NCBI GenBank assembly: GCA_043747615.1
Contig: JAYTOU010000097.1
Location: 1 to 56,145, forward strand
Reading direction: 5' to 3'
Length of the DNA stretch: 56,145 nt
DNA from: Myxococcales bacterium
GTDB lineage: Bacteria; Myxococcota_A; Polyangia; Polyangiales; Polyangiaceae
Position 1 is the first letter of the stretch. Each line of letters opens with the position of its first letter. A model generated the notes under the pieces. The model saw only the letters and a program-made list of their open reading frames with translations, ran no database searches and had not been told where the DNA came from. This document shows, piece by piece, positions 38,501 through 47,232 of the stretch. A program made the translations under genes and the position numbers.

Positions 38501-38657
38501 CGAGGCCAGGTGCGAGCGTCCCCACGACGAGCACCGGTGGCGTCAGCTCGGGGAAGGTGTCGACGCTCATGCGCGGGGTCACCACCATCGAGAAGACGAC
38601 GAGCGCGATGGACAGCATCAAGATCGCGATGGGATTTCGGAGCGAGAGACCGGTCAC
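35523..38657 (-). CDS. RND efflux permease (AcrB/CzcA superfamily)
   Basis: 1044 aa; GRLVDDAVVVLE, SNGILLVD, RFVPIAMTS, PLALAVVGGL. Confidence 0.95.
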   Translation of the reverse strand: MTGLSLRNPIAILMLSIALVVFSMVVTPRMSVDTFPELTPPVLVVGTLAPGLGPKDVEKTLTWRIEKYVSATPGVDHVESVSRNNLSIVYVWLKWGTDLNSAQTLVQQQTAFAMSAVPKSLGVLPPFVLQYDPSNAPVVQVAISGGSLSGPQLYDYGLNYIEPILEGIPGVASASLNGGRQRQINIVVDPIAAQARGVTSSDVAAAVGQSNALLPSGAFISPKFDANVYTNAVPEKVATIGDAIVKLRNGKPVLIRDVARVDDGGSPETQAVSVNGLSAVYLNVLRVPGGNTIEIVDSVKKAVAGLKDLPPGVEVKAVFDQSTFVRTTYDGLKKEVVQALVLIALVILLFLQSFRGTIIVSVAIPLSFAVTLIVLYSTGQTLNAFTLGGLTLAMGRLVDDAVVVLESIHRHQRLGLNPYQAALKGTNAVALPVLASTLTTMAVLLPVLLLAGLAKKLFAPLALTVAVAMTASYFVSVCVTPVACRYFLQHTEHGRIGKLIESFIDRIAERYSEVLRIALPYRFTIVGACVVLTLGAGWAAGRLPSTFFPEIDESMERVYVRVAPGTSLHESSRMLAEMGKVLTEELPKGNVELVLTNTGSPNNARSAMTSPNNGPHMGFIRLALVDAEKRILSQREIADKMREILNRRFPGVEFLQWPGGLVASVFANGYIAPLVVEVRGDNLAELNEQARAVAEVARSVAGVRDIRVSLETDYPEVRVETVREQAGLVGVTSRAAAQATLEATLGNINTPSVWIDPGNGQSYYVVTYYDGKAVTDPNALAQIPVRMSEDGKSVPLGAYGKVRRSVGPIAIERNQLARAAHILMQTEGRDIGTAAAELERKLADDARTRGVKFNYVGQVELMRNTFSGLGLAIGLAVMVVFMIMAAQFKSVRLPFVMLFTIPVSLVGIVMALMSAGQGFSITALMGILMVVGIAVSNGILLVDDATRRFNEGVEKVDSIVQAARSRFVPIAMTSLATVIGLIPTAMALEKGTEANQPLALAVVGGLTSSTVLSLFLVPVMFLFFAKRVTETEEDDAHHPAPGPT

Positions 38658-39874
38658 GGCTTCACCTTGGCCGCGGCTTCGGCGGCAGGAGATGGCGGGG
38701 CTGTCGATGCGAGGACTGCGTCGCCATCATTGAGAAGCGCCCGACCTTCGGTCACCACCTTCGAGCCAGGCACGAGCGTCGTATCCAGATAGAGACGGCC
38801 ACCGAGTTCTCCTTTGACCGCAAAGACGCGCGCGTGAGCGACGTTCCCTTCCACCACGAAAATGCTGGCCTTCGAACCTCGGATGGAAGCCGCGGCAAGA
38901 GGAAGCTCACTTGCGGGCATCGGCTCACCCACTTCGATGCGTAGCTCGCCGGTGGTGCCAACGGGAATGGACTGGTCAGCGTTGGGCATGTCGAGCTCGA
39001 AGTGGACTGTCCGCGTACCGGGGTCGGCGCTGGGGGCGCGGCGGGAAATCGTCCCGGTCAGATTGGTGTTCGTGGCGGCCACGCGGATCGTCACTTTCGT
39101 GCTCGGGGCGACGATGCTGAAGTCGATCTCGGGCGCGTCCGCGGTGATCCGTACGAGCTTCCGGTCGACCACGGAGACAAGCGAAATTCCGGGGCGGACG
39201 AAAGCGCCCGGGTCGATCGTGCGCGTCGCAACTTCTCCATCGAATGGCGAGCGAAGGACGCAGTCGCTGACCTCGAGCGACGACCCGATCAGCTTGGCTT
39301 TCTCTGCGAGCACCTGGGCTTGCTCTGCCGCGCTCTGCGCGGATTTCTGCTCCGCCTCGTTCGGCGAAACGAACCCGCCGTCGAGCAAGCCTTGGATGCG
39401 CGTGGACTCGTGAGCGATGGCCTGCTGACGTGCGTCGAGGGCTCGTGCGTTCATGGCTACGGCCTGACTCGCCGCGCTCGCGTTCCGGCAGTCCAGGGTG
39501 GCAAGCACGTCGCCTTTCTTGACGACCGCCCCGGGTCGCACGAGCACCGTATCGACGTACGCGGACACGAGCTGCGGGCCCACCTTGGCCTCGACCCATG
39601 GCTCAATCGTACCTACGTACGTCCGGGAGGATCGGAACGTGGATGCGTTCGCCTCGACCACGGTGACGGGCTTCGCGGACGAGACGAGCGCGACCTTGTT
39701 CACGTGAGATTCCGAACGGACGATCAGGAGCCCGCCCAAGATAAGCAAGACGAGTAGAGCCGCTCCGATGACGATGGGAACCAATGCGCGGCCCGACTTC
39801 ACTTCACTGGAAGAGGACTGCTCGATGTTCTGCACTGGGCCTCCGTGGCGTTGGTCTTGCTCGTTGCTGCTCAT
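38654..39874 (-). CDS. RND periplasmic adaptor (MFP)
   Basis: N-terminal TM, VRPGAVVKKGDVLATL, LRSPFDGEV. Confidence 0.93.
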   Translation of the reverse strand: MSSNEQDQRHGGPVQNIEQSSSSEVKSGRALVPIVIGAALLVLLILGGLLIVRSESHVNKVALVSSAKPVTVVEANASTFRSSRTYVGTIEPWVEAKVGPQLVSAYVDTVLVRPGAVVKKGDVLATLDCRNASAASQAVAMNARALDARQQAIAHESTRIQGLLDGGFVSPNEAEQKSAQSAAEQAQVLAEKAKLIGSSLEVSDCVLRSPFDGEVATRTIDPGAFVRPGISLVSVVDRKLVRITADAPEIDFSIVAPSTKVTIRVAATNTNLTGTISRRAPSADPGTRTVHFELDMPNADQSIPVGTTGELRIEVGEPMPASELPLAAASIRGSKASIFVVEGNVAHARVFAVKGELGGRLYLDTTLVPGSKVVTEGRALLNDGDAVLASTAPPSPAAEAAAKVKP

Positions 39875-41284
39875 TCACAAATTCTCGGCGATGGTGCGTC
39901 CGAAAGCGGCGCGGGCTCGTGCGATATCGAACTGACCAAGAGCCAATCGAATCTCCGCGTCCGTACGAAGCGCTTCCGCGTCGGCGAGCTCGACGCTCGT
40001 TCCTAGCCCGGCCCGAAAGCGAGCATCTGCCTGCGCGTAGTTGGCGTGAGCGGCTTCGACCGCGTGCTGTAAGCCTGGCAGCACCGTTCGGGCGACGACG
40101 ACCGCACCGTAGGCCTGCTGGATTGCGGACACCTGCTGGTGACGCGCGAGCGAGATCTCCTCGTGGCGAACCTCCTGCATGGCTCGTGAAGCCTCTTTCC
40201 GCGCATTGATGATCCCTTCGAAAAGAGGCCAAGTGAGCACGAGGCCAACGTCCCAGTTGGGGACGTTCGGCAGCCAGCCGCCCGTGTTGGCCGACTCGCC
40301 ATTGCCCGAGGGTGGGGCACCGCCAGCGCGTCCACTGATCGTTGCGGTGAGAGAAACGTCCGGCCGCAGCTCCGCTCCGATGGCGCGCGTTCGCTCTTCT
40401 TCTGCCTTGAGTCGCGACATCGCTTCGAGGATCCGAGGATCGCGTGCAGCCGCTTGCTGAATGGCGATCGCGAGGGCCGGCATGTCTGCTGGGATCGAAG
40501 GCGCAGCCGCAACGTCCAGCGCGGCGTCGGTCGCCCCAACGCTCGCCGCGAGGACATTTTGCGAGACGGTGAGACCGCCGCGTGCTCGCAAGCGTCCGAT
40601 GTCGAAGCGCGAAAGGTCGGCCTCGGCCCGCGTGAATTCGATCGGCGAGCGAAGTCCCGCATCGACGCCCGCTTTCGCAAGATCGCGGTGCACTCGCGCG
40701 CGCTCGTACGCGTCGTCGGAGGCTTTGACGATCGCCTTTGCGGCGAGCACCGAAAAATAGGATTCCTCCACGTCGAAGCTGATTCCGAGGCGGTCCGCGT
40801 TCGCTCGATTCTTTTCGACATCGACGAGCGCGTCCGCGGCGGCCGACTGTGCGGCGATGCGCCCAAAATCGAAGACTTCCTGCGCGCCACCGATCCCCAC
40901 GAGCGTCGAGGCATACGGGCGGAAGGAGCCGGACGACAAAACCCTCGTCCCGCCAATACGCGGAACGTCCATGAAGCTATTCGTGACGTACGTACCCGTC
41001 GTGTTGTTCGCGGTGGCGCCAAATATTTGCGCTGTAGCGCCGATCACGGGGAGCCACTGACTCCGCGGAATGTCAGCTTCTGCCTTCTGCGCGGCCACTC
41101 TAGCGAGCGCCACACGCATGGCAGGCTGATTCGCTCGCGCGTACGCGATGGCTTCCGGGAGCGTCATCGACCGCAGGGGTCCACTGTCCGTTACCGTCGG
41201 CGCGTCAGCAGACGACCGCCCGCTTTCCGAGAGGAGCACGGCGCCGAAGGCGACGGTGAAAAGGTATCGAGTCGTGGAGCGCAC
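39875..41284 (-). CDS. TolC-family outer-membrane factor
   Basis: TLPEAIAYARANQP, QEVFDFG, ARFRAGLGTSVELADAE; GTG 41284 chosen because the ATG at 41314 overlaps a sigma54 motif. Confidence 0.9.
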   Translation of the reverse strand: MRSTTRYLFTVAFGAVLLSESGRSSADAPTVTDSGPLRSMTLPEAIAYARANQPAMRVALARVAAQKAEADIPRSQWLPVIGATAQIFGATANNTTGTYVTNSFMDVPRIGGTRVLSSGSFRPYASTLVGIGGAQEVFDFGRIAAQSAAADALVDVEKNRANADRLGISFDVEESYFSVLAAKAIVKASDDAYERARVHRDLAKAGVDAGLRSPIEFTRAEADLSRFDIGRLRARGGLTVSQNVLAASVGATDAALDVAAAPSIPADMPALAIAIQQAAARDPRILEAMSRLKAEEERTRAIGAELRPDVSLTATISGRAGGAPPSGNGESANTGGWLPNVPNWDVGLVLTWPLFEGIINARKEASRAMQEVRHEEISLARHQQVSAIQQAYGAVVVARTVLPGLQHAVEAAHANYAQADARFRAGLGTSVELADAEALRTDAEIRLALGQFDIARARAAFGRTIAENL

Positions 41285-41297
41285 GGCCCGAGCCGAA

Positions 41298-41313
41298 CGC
41301 AAGCCGCGGGCCA
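41298..41313 (-). promoter_or_regulatory. sigma54 promoter candidate for the efflux operon
   Basis: Minus strand TGGCCCG-CGGC-TTGCG. Confidence 0.7.
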
Positions 41314-41362
41314 TACAGCAATAGGGGGAATTGGCCGCGGAACGCACGCGATGGCACGAACT

Positions 41363-41399
41363 AGTGGGAAAATTTCCCACTCGACTGGGAAAATTTCCC
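41363..41399. promoter_or_regulatory. Tandem palindromic enhancer (UAS) pair
   Basis: GGGAAAATTTCCC at 41366-41378 and 41387-41399, 21 bp apart; first extends to AGTGGGAAAATTTCCCACT. Confidence 0.8.
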
Positions 41400-41452
41400 T
41401 GTGCGTGGTCTTGAGGGAGCGACGCTTCCGGAGAAGTTCACGTGAAACCGCG

Positions 41453-41468
41453 CGGTCCGAACGTTGCT
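41453..41468 (+). promoter_or_regulatory. sigma54 promoter candidate for the two-component operon
   Basis: CGGTCCG-AACG-TTGCT. Confidence 0.6.
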
Positions 41469-41481
41469 ATAACCAGCGCGA

Positions 41482-43035
41482 ATGAATGCCGCGCTTTCCC
41501 TCGACGACTCGCCTCGCCAGGGTCGGCCGCGTCCGTTAGCGCGCGCTCACGGGTCAACGCTTTCCCTGATGTCGTGGATGGTGCTTGCGATCGTCGTCGT
41601 CGTCGGACTTGCCTTTTGGGACGAAGAGCGAGAATCGCGCGCGGCCCTCGACGACTTTGCGCTCGAGCAAGCGAAGCTCGCCAAGAGTGTCGCAGGGGCG
41701 CTCGCGGAGCGTCTTGACGTGATCAAGGGTGACGCCCTCTCAGTTAGTCGAGGCAACGCGAAAGCGGACACCGACTTCGAGATGATCGCTCGTACCGTGC
41801 AACAACCTCGCACGGTGGGGCCCGAGGACGGCGCCACGTTCAGCCTGGTCGTTCCCATCGATCAGGTTGCCCGCGTCGACGTCCTCGTGAAGACCGTACG
41901 CCTCTTGTCGGGCGCGAAGGCGCTCGAAGAGCCCGGCTCCATCCGCGTTCTGATTCAACGACCGGCTCACCTTGGACTGGTGGGCACGGCCGGCGACATC
42001 GTGCGGTCCCAGGTGATCGAAAGCGCGATGGCCCAAGCCGCGTCTGGGGTACGGCTCTCACGTGAGGAGGCCGCCGCGCTAGGGCTTCCAGCTCGAACGG
42101 CGATGGCCGGTCTGAGCACCGTGGATGCGGGGCCGCTGGGAAAGTGGGGTGTTGCCATCGTGGCGAGCGCCGTCCGCGAACGCGATCGCGAGCGCCGCGC
42201 ACAGGGTCGACTTGTCCTTGGCGTCCTCGTGGCTTGCGGACTCGTACTCGCGTTCGGCGGCCTTGCTCTCCGAAAACAGCGAAAGGAGATCGAGCTCGAG
42301 AGCGCCCTCGCGATCGCCGAAGTTCAGAGAGAACGCGACGAGCGCCTCGTTAGGGCAGACAAGCTCGCAACCCTGGGCGCGCTGGCCACTGGAATTGCGC
42401 ACGAGGTCTCGACTCCGCTCGGTGTCATCATGGGGCGGGCAGAACAGCTCCTCCCGAAGCTCGAAGACGAGCGCGCACGACGCGCGGTAGAGGCCATCAC
42501 CGAACAGTCCGAGAGGATCAGCGAGATCATTCGTGGGTTCCTGACCCTCGCACGTGGGGGTTCGCCTACGCTGAGAAACGTCGAGCCTGAGGCCCTCGTG
42601 CGTGCCGCGCTTGGCCTCGTGGAGCATCGTTTCGCGAAAGCCGGCGTCGCCTTGGCCAGCGACGTCGCGCCCGCGTTGCCGCGCGTATCGTGCGAGGCGC
42701 GCCTGTTCGAGCAGGTGCTCGTCAATCTCCTTCTCAACGCTTGCGATGCTTGCAAACGCGGCGGTTCGGTCGATCTCTCGGTGCGCGCAGACAGCGAGCG
42801 AGTAGCGTTCGTAGTCACCGACAACGGAACTGGAATTTCCGCAGAAGCGGCCGCCCGAGCCATCGAGCCATTCTTTACGACGAAGCCCGAGGGCGAGGGG
42901 ACTGGCCTCGGTCTGGCCATCGCAAACGAGATTGTAAAACATCACAACGGCACGTTGACGATCGCTTCGCGCGGGACCGTCGGAACGCGGGCGTGCGCAG
43001 AAATTCCCGCGATCCACGGAGGGGCCCATGCGTAA
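41482..43035 (+). CDS. Membrane sensor histidine kinase (NtrB/ZraS-like)
   Basis: 2 TM, AHEVSTPL, NLLLNACDA, PFFTTK...GTGLGL; start could be further downstream. Confidence 0.93.
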   Translation: MNAALSLDDSPRQGRPRPLARAHGSTLSLMSWMVLAIVVVVGLAFWDEERESRAALDDFALEQAKLAKSVAGALAERLDVIKGDALSVSRGNAKADTDFEMIARTVQQPRTVGPEDGATFSLVVPIDQVARVDVLVKTVRLLSGAKALEEPGSIRVLIQRPAHLGLVGTAGDIVRSQVIESAMAQAASGVRLSREEAAALGLPARTAMAGLSTVDAGPLGKWGVAIVASAVRERDRERRAQGRLVLGVLVACGLVLAFGGLALRKQRKEIELESALAIAEVQRERDERLVRADKLATLGALATGIAHEVSTPLGVIMGRAEQLLPKLEDERARRAVEAITEQSERISEIIRGFLTLARGGSPTLRNVEPEALVRAALGLVEHRFAKAGVALASDVAPALPRVSCEARLFEQVLVNLLLNACDACKRGGSVDLSVRADSERVAFVVTDNGTGISAEAAARAIEPFFTTKPEGEGTGLGLAIANEIVKHHNGTLTIASRGTVGTRACAEIPAIHGGAHA

Positions 43036-44419
43036 TCAGGTTGCGTCATCCCAGAAAAAACGCCGCGTGCTCGTCGTCGACGATCACCTCTCGATGGCGG
43101 AGATGGTCGCCGACGGCCTCGTCGAGCGCGGCTACGACGCACTCCCCATCGCCTCGAGCAGCGAAGCCGCGAAGCGCATCTCCGAGGACACCTTCGACGC
43201 GCTCATCACCGACCTCCGCATGCCGGGGGTTGATGGACTCGAGCTCCTCGCCCTTTCGCGGAAGGTGAATCCCGAGCGTCCCGTGATCGTCATGACGGCG
43301 TACAGCGCGGTCGAGACGGCAATCGAGTCCATTCGGCAGGGCGCGTATCACTACATGACCAAGCCCTTCAAGGTGGACGAGCTCGCGCTTTTCTTAGAGC
43401 GGGCACTTGGTGAGGCGTCCCTCCGCCGCGAAACGGCTACGCTGAAGCGGACGCTCAAGGAGCGCTTCGCTTTGTCGAACATCATCGGTCGTCACGGCTC
43501 GATGGAAGAGGTCTGCGACCTCATCAGTCGCGTAGCCGATGCCAGCGCACCCGTACTGATCCTCGGAGAAACGGGAACGGGTAAGGGGCTCGTAGCGCGG
43601 GCGATCCACGCGCAGAGCGTGCGATCGAGCGCGCTGTTCGTATCGGTGAACTGCGCGTCCATTCCCGAGAACCTTCTAGAGAGTGAGATCTTCGGACACG
43701 TCAAAGGCGCCTTTACGGGGGCTACGAGCAATCGAAGTGGTCTCCTCGAAGAGGCGAGCGGCGGGACACTCTTCCTCGACGAGATCGGGGAAATGAGCCC
43801 CGCCCTACAGGCAAAGCTCCTCCATGTCCTCGAAAGCGGCACGGTGCGGGCCGTCGGATCCAACAACGAGCGGACCATCGACACGCGCATTCTTGCCGCG
43901 ACGCATCGCGACCTCCACGAACGTGTCGCCGCCGGCGCCTTCCGTGAGGACCTCATGTACCGGCTCGACGTCGTTACGATCGAGCTCCCGCCCCTGCGTC
44001 ACCGCCGCGAGGACATTCCCGATCTCGTCGAGTACTTTCTCGCGCGCGCGAAGGAGCGAAGTCCCCGCTCGGCTGTCGAACGCTTCTCCCAAGACGCATT
44101 TGCTCGCCTCTTGGAGCACGTCTGGCCTGGCAACGTCCGAGAGCTCGAGCACGTGGTGGAGCGCGCGGTCCTGCTCGGCAAAAGAGTTGAGGTCCTGGCG
44201 AGCGACCTTCCTGCGTCCGTCGGGGCTCGACGTGCGGACGCCGCGATGACGTTCAAGGGCGCCATCTTGCCGATGCGCGAGCTGCAGCACCGGTATGCCA
44301 CGTGGGTCTATGAAGAGCTCAACGCGCGAAAGGTTGCCACCGCGGAGAAACTTGGGGTGGACATAAAGACGCTGGGTAAATTGCTGCGCGAGGCAGAAAG
44401 CGACACTGTGAAGTCATGA
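43028..44419 (+). CDS. sigma54-dependent response regulator (NtrC family bEBP)
   Basis: TDLRMP receiver, GETGTGK, GAFTGA, LFLDEIG, WPGNVREL, C-terminal HTH. Confidence 0.96.
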   Translation: MRNQVASSQKKRRVLVVDDHLSMAEMVADGLVERGYDALPIASSSEAAKRISEDTFDALITDLRMPGVDGLELLALSRKVNPERPVIVMTAYSAVETAIESIRQGAYHYMTKPFKVDELALFLERALGEASLRRETATLKRTLKERFALSNIIGRHGSMEEVCDLISRVADASAPVLILGETGTGKGLVARAIHAQSVRSSALFVSVNCASIPENLLESEIFGHVKGAFTGATSNRSGLLEEASGGTLFLDEIGEMSPALQAKLLHVLESGTVRAVGSNNERTIDTRILAATHRDLHERVAAGAFREDLMYRLDVVTIELPPLRHRREDIPDLVEYFLARAKERSPRSAVERFSQDAFARLLEHVWPGNVRELEHVVERAVLLGKRVEVLASDLPASVGARRADAAMTFKGAILPMRELQHRYATWVYEELNARKVATAEKLGVDIKTLGKLLREAESDTVKS

Positions 44420-44664
44420 TCAAAACGGCACTCCTTCTGACGGCAATTGCCGCGTTCGGTTGCGGCTCGAACGTAACCGCGGGACTTTCGAATGCGCCGT
44501 CGCTCAACCGACAGACCCGCCCGCGAAGCCAAGATGATGCGGTGTCGAATGGTCCTGAATCGTGTGCTCCTGCGGGTTCGACCTCGGACCCGTTGCGTAA
44601 TCGCGTTCCTCCTTGTGACGAGGAGCGCACTCCCTTGGGGTCGACGAACACAAAGCATCGATAG
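44416..44664 (+). CDS. Small hypothetical lipoprotein
   Basis: ATGA-coupled to the regulator; AFGC lipobox; two further Cys. Confidence 0.65.
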   Translation: MIKTALLLTAIAAFGCGSNVTAGLSNAPSLNRQTRPRSQDDAVSNGPESCAPAGSTSDPLRNRVPPCDEERTPLGSTNTKHR

Positions 44665-44761
44665 ACCACCTCACCCTGGCTCCATGCGGTCGGACCGAAG
44701 CCCTGGAAGGTGTCGCCGCCATCGGCGACGAAGACCGCGCCCGGGCGTCTGGCCGGGTCAT
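44664..44761 (-). pseudogene. SoxB/5'-nucleotidase-family remnant
   Basis: PGAVFVADGGDTFQGFGPTAWSQGEVV resembles the DxGDTxQG metallophosphoesterase motif; ATG coupled to tauE stop is in another frame. Confidence 0.6.
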
Positions 44762-45675
44762 GAGTGATCTGCGGGGGACGATGGGGACAAGGAAGAGGCA
44801 TGCTCGGCCGAACGAGCGCCGCGCGCCCGAACGACCAGCGCAAGCGCGAAGATCACGAGCGATCCACCGACGGCAGCGACGACAACGATCGAGACGTGGC
44901 CGGCCATGATCGACGTCACCGACCCGGGCAGCTGCTTGAAGGCCATGAACATGGCCATCGCGAGCACGAACCACGCGAAACCCGAGCGCAGCGACTCGGG
45001 CTTCACGCGACCGGCGAGCGCCGCGCCGAGCAGACTCCCCACCACCGACGCAGCAGTCACCGCGAGGGCGAGGGACCAGTGGATGGTTGCGTGGCTGAGC
45101 GTGCCAGCGAACCCGGCGAACGAGTTCATCGCGATCACCAGCAGCGAAGTGCCGACGGCCGTGCGCATCGGGAGGCCGCTGAGGAGCACCAGCGCGGGGA
45201 CGATCACGAAACCACCTCCCGCGCCGATGATCCCGGTGAGCAGGCCGATCACGACGCCGATCGCCGCGGCGCGCGCGAAGGCAGCGCCACGGAGGGCCGT
45301 GGCTTCGCGGGCTGCCCCGCCGCCGCGCCGTCGCATCATAGCGAGCGCGGTGACGAACATCATCAGGGTGAAGCCCGCGAGCAGCAGCTTGGCTGGAAGA
45401 ACGTGCGCAAGCCGTCCCCCGCCGTAGGCCCCGACCATCGACGCGACGCCAAAGAGGAACCCGACACGCCAGGCAACACGACCTCTGCGCGCGTGAAAGA
45501 GCATCGCGCAGAGGCTGGTCGCTCCGACCACGAGGAGCGAGGTCGCGATGCCATCCTTCGGATCGAGCCCCGCCGCGTAGACGAGGATCGGGACCGTGAG
45601 GATGGAGCCTCCGCCGCCGAGCAGACCGAGCGACAAGCCGATGAGCACCGACAGGGCAAGGATGAGGATCATCAT
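44758..45675 (-). CDS. Sulfite exporter TauE/SafE family protein
   Basis: GLLGGGGSILTVP and GAGGGFVIVP repeats, AVGTSL, multi-TM. Confidence 0.92.
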   Translation of the reverse strand: MMILILALSVLIGLSLGLLGGGGSILTVPILVYAAGLDPKDGIATSLLVVGATSLCAMLFHARRGRVAWRVGFLFGVASMVGAYGGGRLAHVLPAKLLLAGFTLMMFVTALAMMRRRGGGAAREATALRGAAFARAAAIGVVIGLLTGIIGAGGGFVIVPALVLLSGLPMRTAVGTSLLVIAMNSFAGFAGTLSHATIHWSLALAVTAASVVGSLLGAALAGRVKPESLRSGFAWFVLAMAMFMAFKQLPGSVTSIMAGHVSIVVVAAVGGSLVIFALALVVRARGARSAEHASSLSPSSPADHS

Positions 45676-45829
45676 CTCTTGATCGGGACCCCAGCGCTCA
45701 CGTGCCCCTGGTGGGGACGAGCTCCGCGCCGGGAATGTGGATCGATGAGGAGCGCTTCGCGCGTGCCGCCATCGGCGAGCAAGTAGCTGTAGGTCGACAA
45801 TCGTGATCGAAGAGCTGTCGGAAGAGCAT
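45672..45829 (-). pseudogene. Collapsed persulfide dioxygenase (ETHE1-like)/rhodanese gene
   Basis: MLFRQLFDHD, frameshift, STYSYLLADGGTREALLIDP, frameshift, HIPGAELVP; AAGGGG RBS retained. Confidence 0.8.
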
Positions 45830-45854
45830 CGGTGTTCCCCTTGCAGACGTTGTG

Positions 45855-45870
45855 TGCGAGGCGCGTGCCA
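45855..45870 (-). promoter_or_regulatory. sigma54 promoter candidate for the sulfur operon relic
   Basis: Minus strand TGGCACG-CGCC-TCGCA. Confidence 0.65.
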
Positions 45871-45975
45871 GATATCTGGGTGGCTCGAAATCCGAGCAAA
45901 TCTTGAGCGGATACCGGCGACCTGGCGGCCCCTGAAACGCGTTGAAGCACGTGTTGAAACGGAAGCCTTCGCGCT

Positions 45976-47070
45976 CTACGGGTACGGAACGAAGAGCAAC
46001 GGGTCACGGCGCGCTGGATCGCGGGTCACGTCGAAGTAGAGGCGTCCGATCTCGATGCCCTCGCCTTCGCGCTCGATCACCAGCTTGCCGACGACGAAGT
46101 AGTGACCTTCGACCGCCAGGACGCAGGCGATGCGGCTCTCGACGACGTGGATGCGGCCCGATGCAAGGTACGAGGGACCCGCGAAGGTCGCCGACTCACC
46201 GGAGCATGGAAGCGGATCGCTCTCCTTGTATACGAGGTAAGAGAAGTGAAACGCTCCGACGCGTGAAGGCCGCAGGCCGGCGTTGATGAGGGCGATTACG
46301 ACCTTGTAACCGCCCTTGGCGAGATCGTCGGCAGTGGCAGGGCCGGTGAGTGGCGTCCCCGTCATGATCGCGTAGAGACCATCACGGGACGGGTAGGGTT
46401 GGGCGCGCTTGCCCTCGCCCACGACCTGAAGATCGAAGCTGCCGGCAAGGTTTCGCGCCGCCCGTGATGCTCGTTCGCTCTCGCCGAAGTGCACGTAGGT
46501 GCGAACGTGATAGAGGCCGGGCAGCGGCATCGTGCAATCGAGCATCCGCTCAAACGTGGCCGACTGCTGAGGCTCGAGTAGCGCGAGGTCGCGATCTCTA
46601 ACGCCTCCGCCGACGCGCTCTTCGCAGGGAAACTCCACCCCTTCGCGCGTCGCCGAGAAGGTCGCATGAAGATGATCGACGGCAACAGGTTGTCCACTCG
46701 TGTTCGTCAGCCGAATGGCGACGTACTCACTGCCGATGCCGAGAGAGGTCGGTTGGTAACGCGCTACCGAAGGCGCGTGAACACTCACCCGAAGCTGCGG
46801 GCGCACTTCGAGAACCGCGTCGGTGAGGGCCGCCGGGGTTGCCTGCGCAGCCGCCGTAGTCGCCGCCAATGGGTACGCGTCCGTGATCGTCGTAGGACGA
46901 ATGGCTGCCACCGGCGCGCAGCCGCCGATCGAGGTGAGGACCGCCGTGCCGAGCGCGACGGCAAGGGCGGATGCAGAAAAACTGCGCGCAGGCCTCGCCT
47001 CCTGGGCGCGAGCGCGCTCGGCGGATCGCTCTCGAGCTACGGCATGAGCGGTTCCTAAAAGGGCGGCCAT
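45976..47070 (-). CDS. Hypothetical membrane-anchored/lipoprotein with two similar beta-rich domains
   Basis: GAGGAG RBS; hydrophobic stretch ending IGGC; IRLTN...FPC...LDC...PGLYHV and IALIN...LPC...IAC...EGHYFV. Confidence 0.65.
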   Translation of the reverse strand: MAALLGTAHAVARERSAERARAQEARPARSFSASALAVALGTAVLTSIGGCAPVAAIRPTTITDAYPLAATTAAAQATPAALTDAVLEVRPQLRVSVHAPSVARYQPTSLGIGSEYVAIRLTNTSGQPVAVDHLHATFSATREGVEFPCEERVGGGVRDRDLALLEPQQSATFERMLDCTMPLPGLYHVRTYVHFGESERASRAARNLAGSFDLQVVGEGKRAQPYPSRDGLYAIMTGTPLTGPATADDLAKGGYKVVIALINAGLRPSRVGAFHFSYLVYKESDPLPCSGESATFAGPSYLASGRIHVVESRIACVLAVEGHYFVVGKLVIEREGEGIEIGRLYFDVTRDPARRDPLLFVPYP

Positions 47071-47095
47071 ATTAAGTCTCCTCGATGCCTCAAGA

Positions 47096-47111
47096 AGCAA
47101 GACCCGCTCCG
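47096..47111 (-). promoter_or_regulatory. sigma54 promoter candidate
   Basis: Minus strand CGGAGCG-GGTC-TTGCT. Confidence 0.55.
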
Positions 47112-47204
47112 TCGTTGCTTCGCCATCGGCGTTCGTAGGAGCGACTCCTTCAACGCGTCGCGCGCAAGGCGTGCACCGGACCCGCACTTAGTGCAGCGTT
47201 CTCG

Positions 47205-47220
47205 CGGCACGGGTGTTGCT
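47205..47220 (+). promoter_or_regulatory. sigma54 promoter candidate for the CBS gene
   Basis: CGGCACG-GGTG-TTGCT, one mismatch from consensus. Confidence 0.75.
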
Positions 47221-47232
47221 CGTGTTGCGGAC

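Noticed and set aside
35523..38657. RND permease lacking the AcrB Lys940 equivalent (SNGILL) as a sign of inactivity
   Set aside because: DD pair and Arg/Thr motif are intact, and this position varies among RND subfamilies
41352..41368. TGGCACG perfect -24 element on plus strand
   Set aside because: No GC at -12 (followed by AACT-AGTG)
41314..41380. Upstream TolC starts at 41380 or 41314
   Set aside because: They overlap the UAS and the sigma54 motif; GTG 41284 still gives a signal peptide
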